From Lama guanicoe (lineage: Eukaryota), in the NCBI GenBank assembly GCA_013239625.1, contig MU055549.1, forward strand, positions 992,001 through 1,056,000: 64,000 bases of DNA. Direction: 5' to 3'. The notes under the pieces were generated by a model. It searched no databases, was not told the DNA's origin, and saw only the letters and a program-made list of their open reading frames with translations. The translations under genes were made by a program, and so were the position numbers. Positions 62,331 to 64,000 of the stretch are shown here, piece by piece; the stretch's first letter is position 1, and the number at the start of each line of letters is the position of its first letter.

Positions 62331-64000
62331 GAGGTCAACGTGGGGACCCGCGCGCGGCCTGGGAACCCCGCGCGCTCTCACTGGGGGACCGCCGCCGCAG
62401 GGTTTCCGGTGGTCTGGACACCACGGCCCCCCCCCAGTGGGACGGCGTCCCCGGGTGTCTCGGTTTCCCAGGAAACTCGCGGACGGTGCCTGCTGTGCCC
62501 ACGCGCTCGCGGGGCGCCAGCCTGCATCCTCCGTGTCCAGTGGGGCGCTGGGGGCGGAGCAGGCAGGCTGGCCCTGAAGGGTGAGGATTTGCGGTCGGGG
62601 TGGCTCAGGCTTGTCGATGTGTTTCCAATTTGCTTTTATGCGCGGTGTGAGGGTCGGCTGTTACTCTGACCTGTGATGTGCCTCGATTTCGGAGGGAGAT
62701 GCCTGCCCCACAGGTGGCGCGGGGCCCGGCCCTTGGAGCTCTCAGTGCGCGTTGAGGGTGACGGTGCTGCACGGCTGCCTGCATGCCCAGCCTTTGCACC
62801 CAGATGTGCGGTGGACGCTTCCCTTTGTGCAAAGACCTGCCCTTTGGGGAACTCGTTTGCCCTCAGGTCCTCCTGCAGGGAAAGCCGGTGACCCGGAGTT
62901 GGGCGCCGGTGGAAAGCAGGCGGCAGGTTGCAGGCCTGCAGGCACACCTCCGGAGCCCTGCGGCCCCGGGACTTATGGCTTAGCACCCTCTGGGCCGGTG
63001 GCCACCCAGTGTCCGCCGCTGGGCACTGGGATACGTCTCGGGCAGACAGCTCTTCTCTACAGATGTCATGCAGAGAATTTAAATGCTATGAGATGACACC
63101 TTTGATGTTTTTTGACATTTTCGTAAAATAGTTGAAATATCCATTTTTTTTTCATTTGTAGGCAGTCTGCGGAGGTCTGATGGCTCTTTTTATAATTTTA
63201 GAGCACAGCTCAGCAAAAGAGCCCAAGCTATTTATTTCTGATAAATAATTTAAGCATTATGGGAAATTACAATAATGCGATTTCAGGCCAGTGTCAGAGA
63301 ATGTGCAGGCCGTGCAGGCAGTCATCTTGGAGGGCACTTGGAACCTGGGCTCCGTGCTGCCCAGGGAGCCTGGGCTCCGATGAGGGAGTGGGTCCCTGGA
63401 CTCGGCGGAGGGGCGTTCAGGACCAGACACACCCGCACACTGCTCCGGGGCGGCCTGTCGTTGTGTTCTGAGCTTTGGGACACGGGCACTGCTGTGAGTG
63501 TCCCTCTTTTCCACGTGGACGTGCGAAGTCAAGAAAGCCCAGAGTGAATTAGGAGCCCGTCAGGAAGCAGGTTTGCATCCTGCCTTTGGCTGCGGGATGA
63601 GGAAACCTGAGAGACACATCTGGTTTCAGTGCTGGCCGCTGTTGGCCGAGAGCTGGCCTGTCTTTCCTGTCTTAGCATCGTGCTCGCCGAGGCAGGTAAC
63701 GTAGACGGGGACACTGATGCAGCACATGGCTGCCTTCAGCTTTTTCAGGCAGAATTTTCCTACGTGTTCACAGTGTTGTGCCTCAGAATTCAAGGACCAT
63801 TAAAGAGGAACAAAGAGCACGGAACCTGTTTGCTGCGCCCAGTCCAGCTTGGGAACTACCGAATACCTGCCCCTCCCTACTTGCCTGTAGCAGGCCGGCA
63901 GAGGTCCCAGCTGTCCTGGGCTCGGGAGCAGTGGGGAACTGGCTTCGGCTACAGGTGCATGCTCTTTAGGGCAGGTGACCATCAGTCACTTGGTCATCCC

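Larger units (their letters stand above)
61050..62560. promoter_or_regulatory. CpG island / promoter of the canonical STK32C first exon
   Basis: Extreme GC/CpG density with GC boxes around ATG 62051. Confidence 0.85.

Overview
GC-rich mammalian genomic DNA, most likely camelid (two Vic-1-type tRNA-derived SINEs). It is syntenic with the human 10q26.3 block STK32C-LRRC27-PWWP2B, in reverse orientation. The window holds PWWP2B coding exon 1 (minus, 3023-3147), all ten coding exons of LRRC27 (minus, 46913 to 15934), the LRRC27/STK32C head-to-head CpG-island promoter (about 47.9-48.8 kb), a decayed-looking upstream STK32C first exon (about 49.1-49.7 kb), and the canonical STK32C first coding exon (plus, from 62051, running into a 132-N gap). 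The rest is intronic or intergenic DNA with old L1, MaLR/ERVL LTR, MIR and DNA-transposon remnants. Almost all ORFs in the supplied track are chance products of high GC. I found no new multi-gene system. The best candidates for something undescribed are: (1) apparently compensating frameshifts in LRRC27 exons 9 and 10, which rewrite about 57 residues in an alternative stop-free frame and rejoin through a GC donor; (2) a 1.13-kb tandem duplication where all 20 strong/weak differences I found put G/C in the same copy; (3) a 588-bp copy of PWWP2B upstream CpG-island sequence in its own intron 1; (4) an RFX X-box in LRRC27 intron 2 whose centre is a Kozak ATG opening a 132-aa ORF. Gene identities, ortholog comparisons and repeat families rest on my recall of human proteins and repeat consensuses, not on any search.
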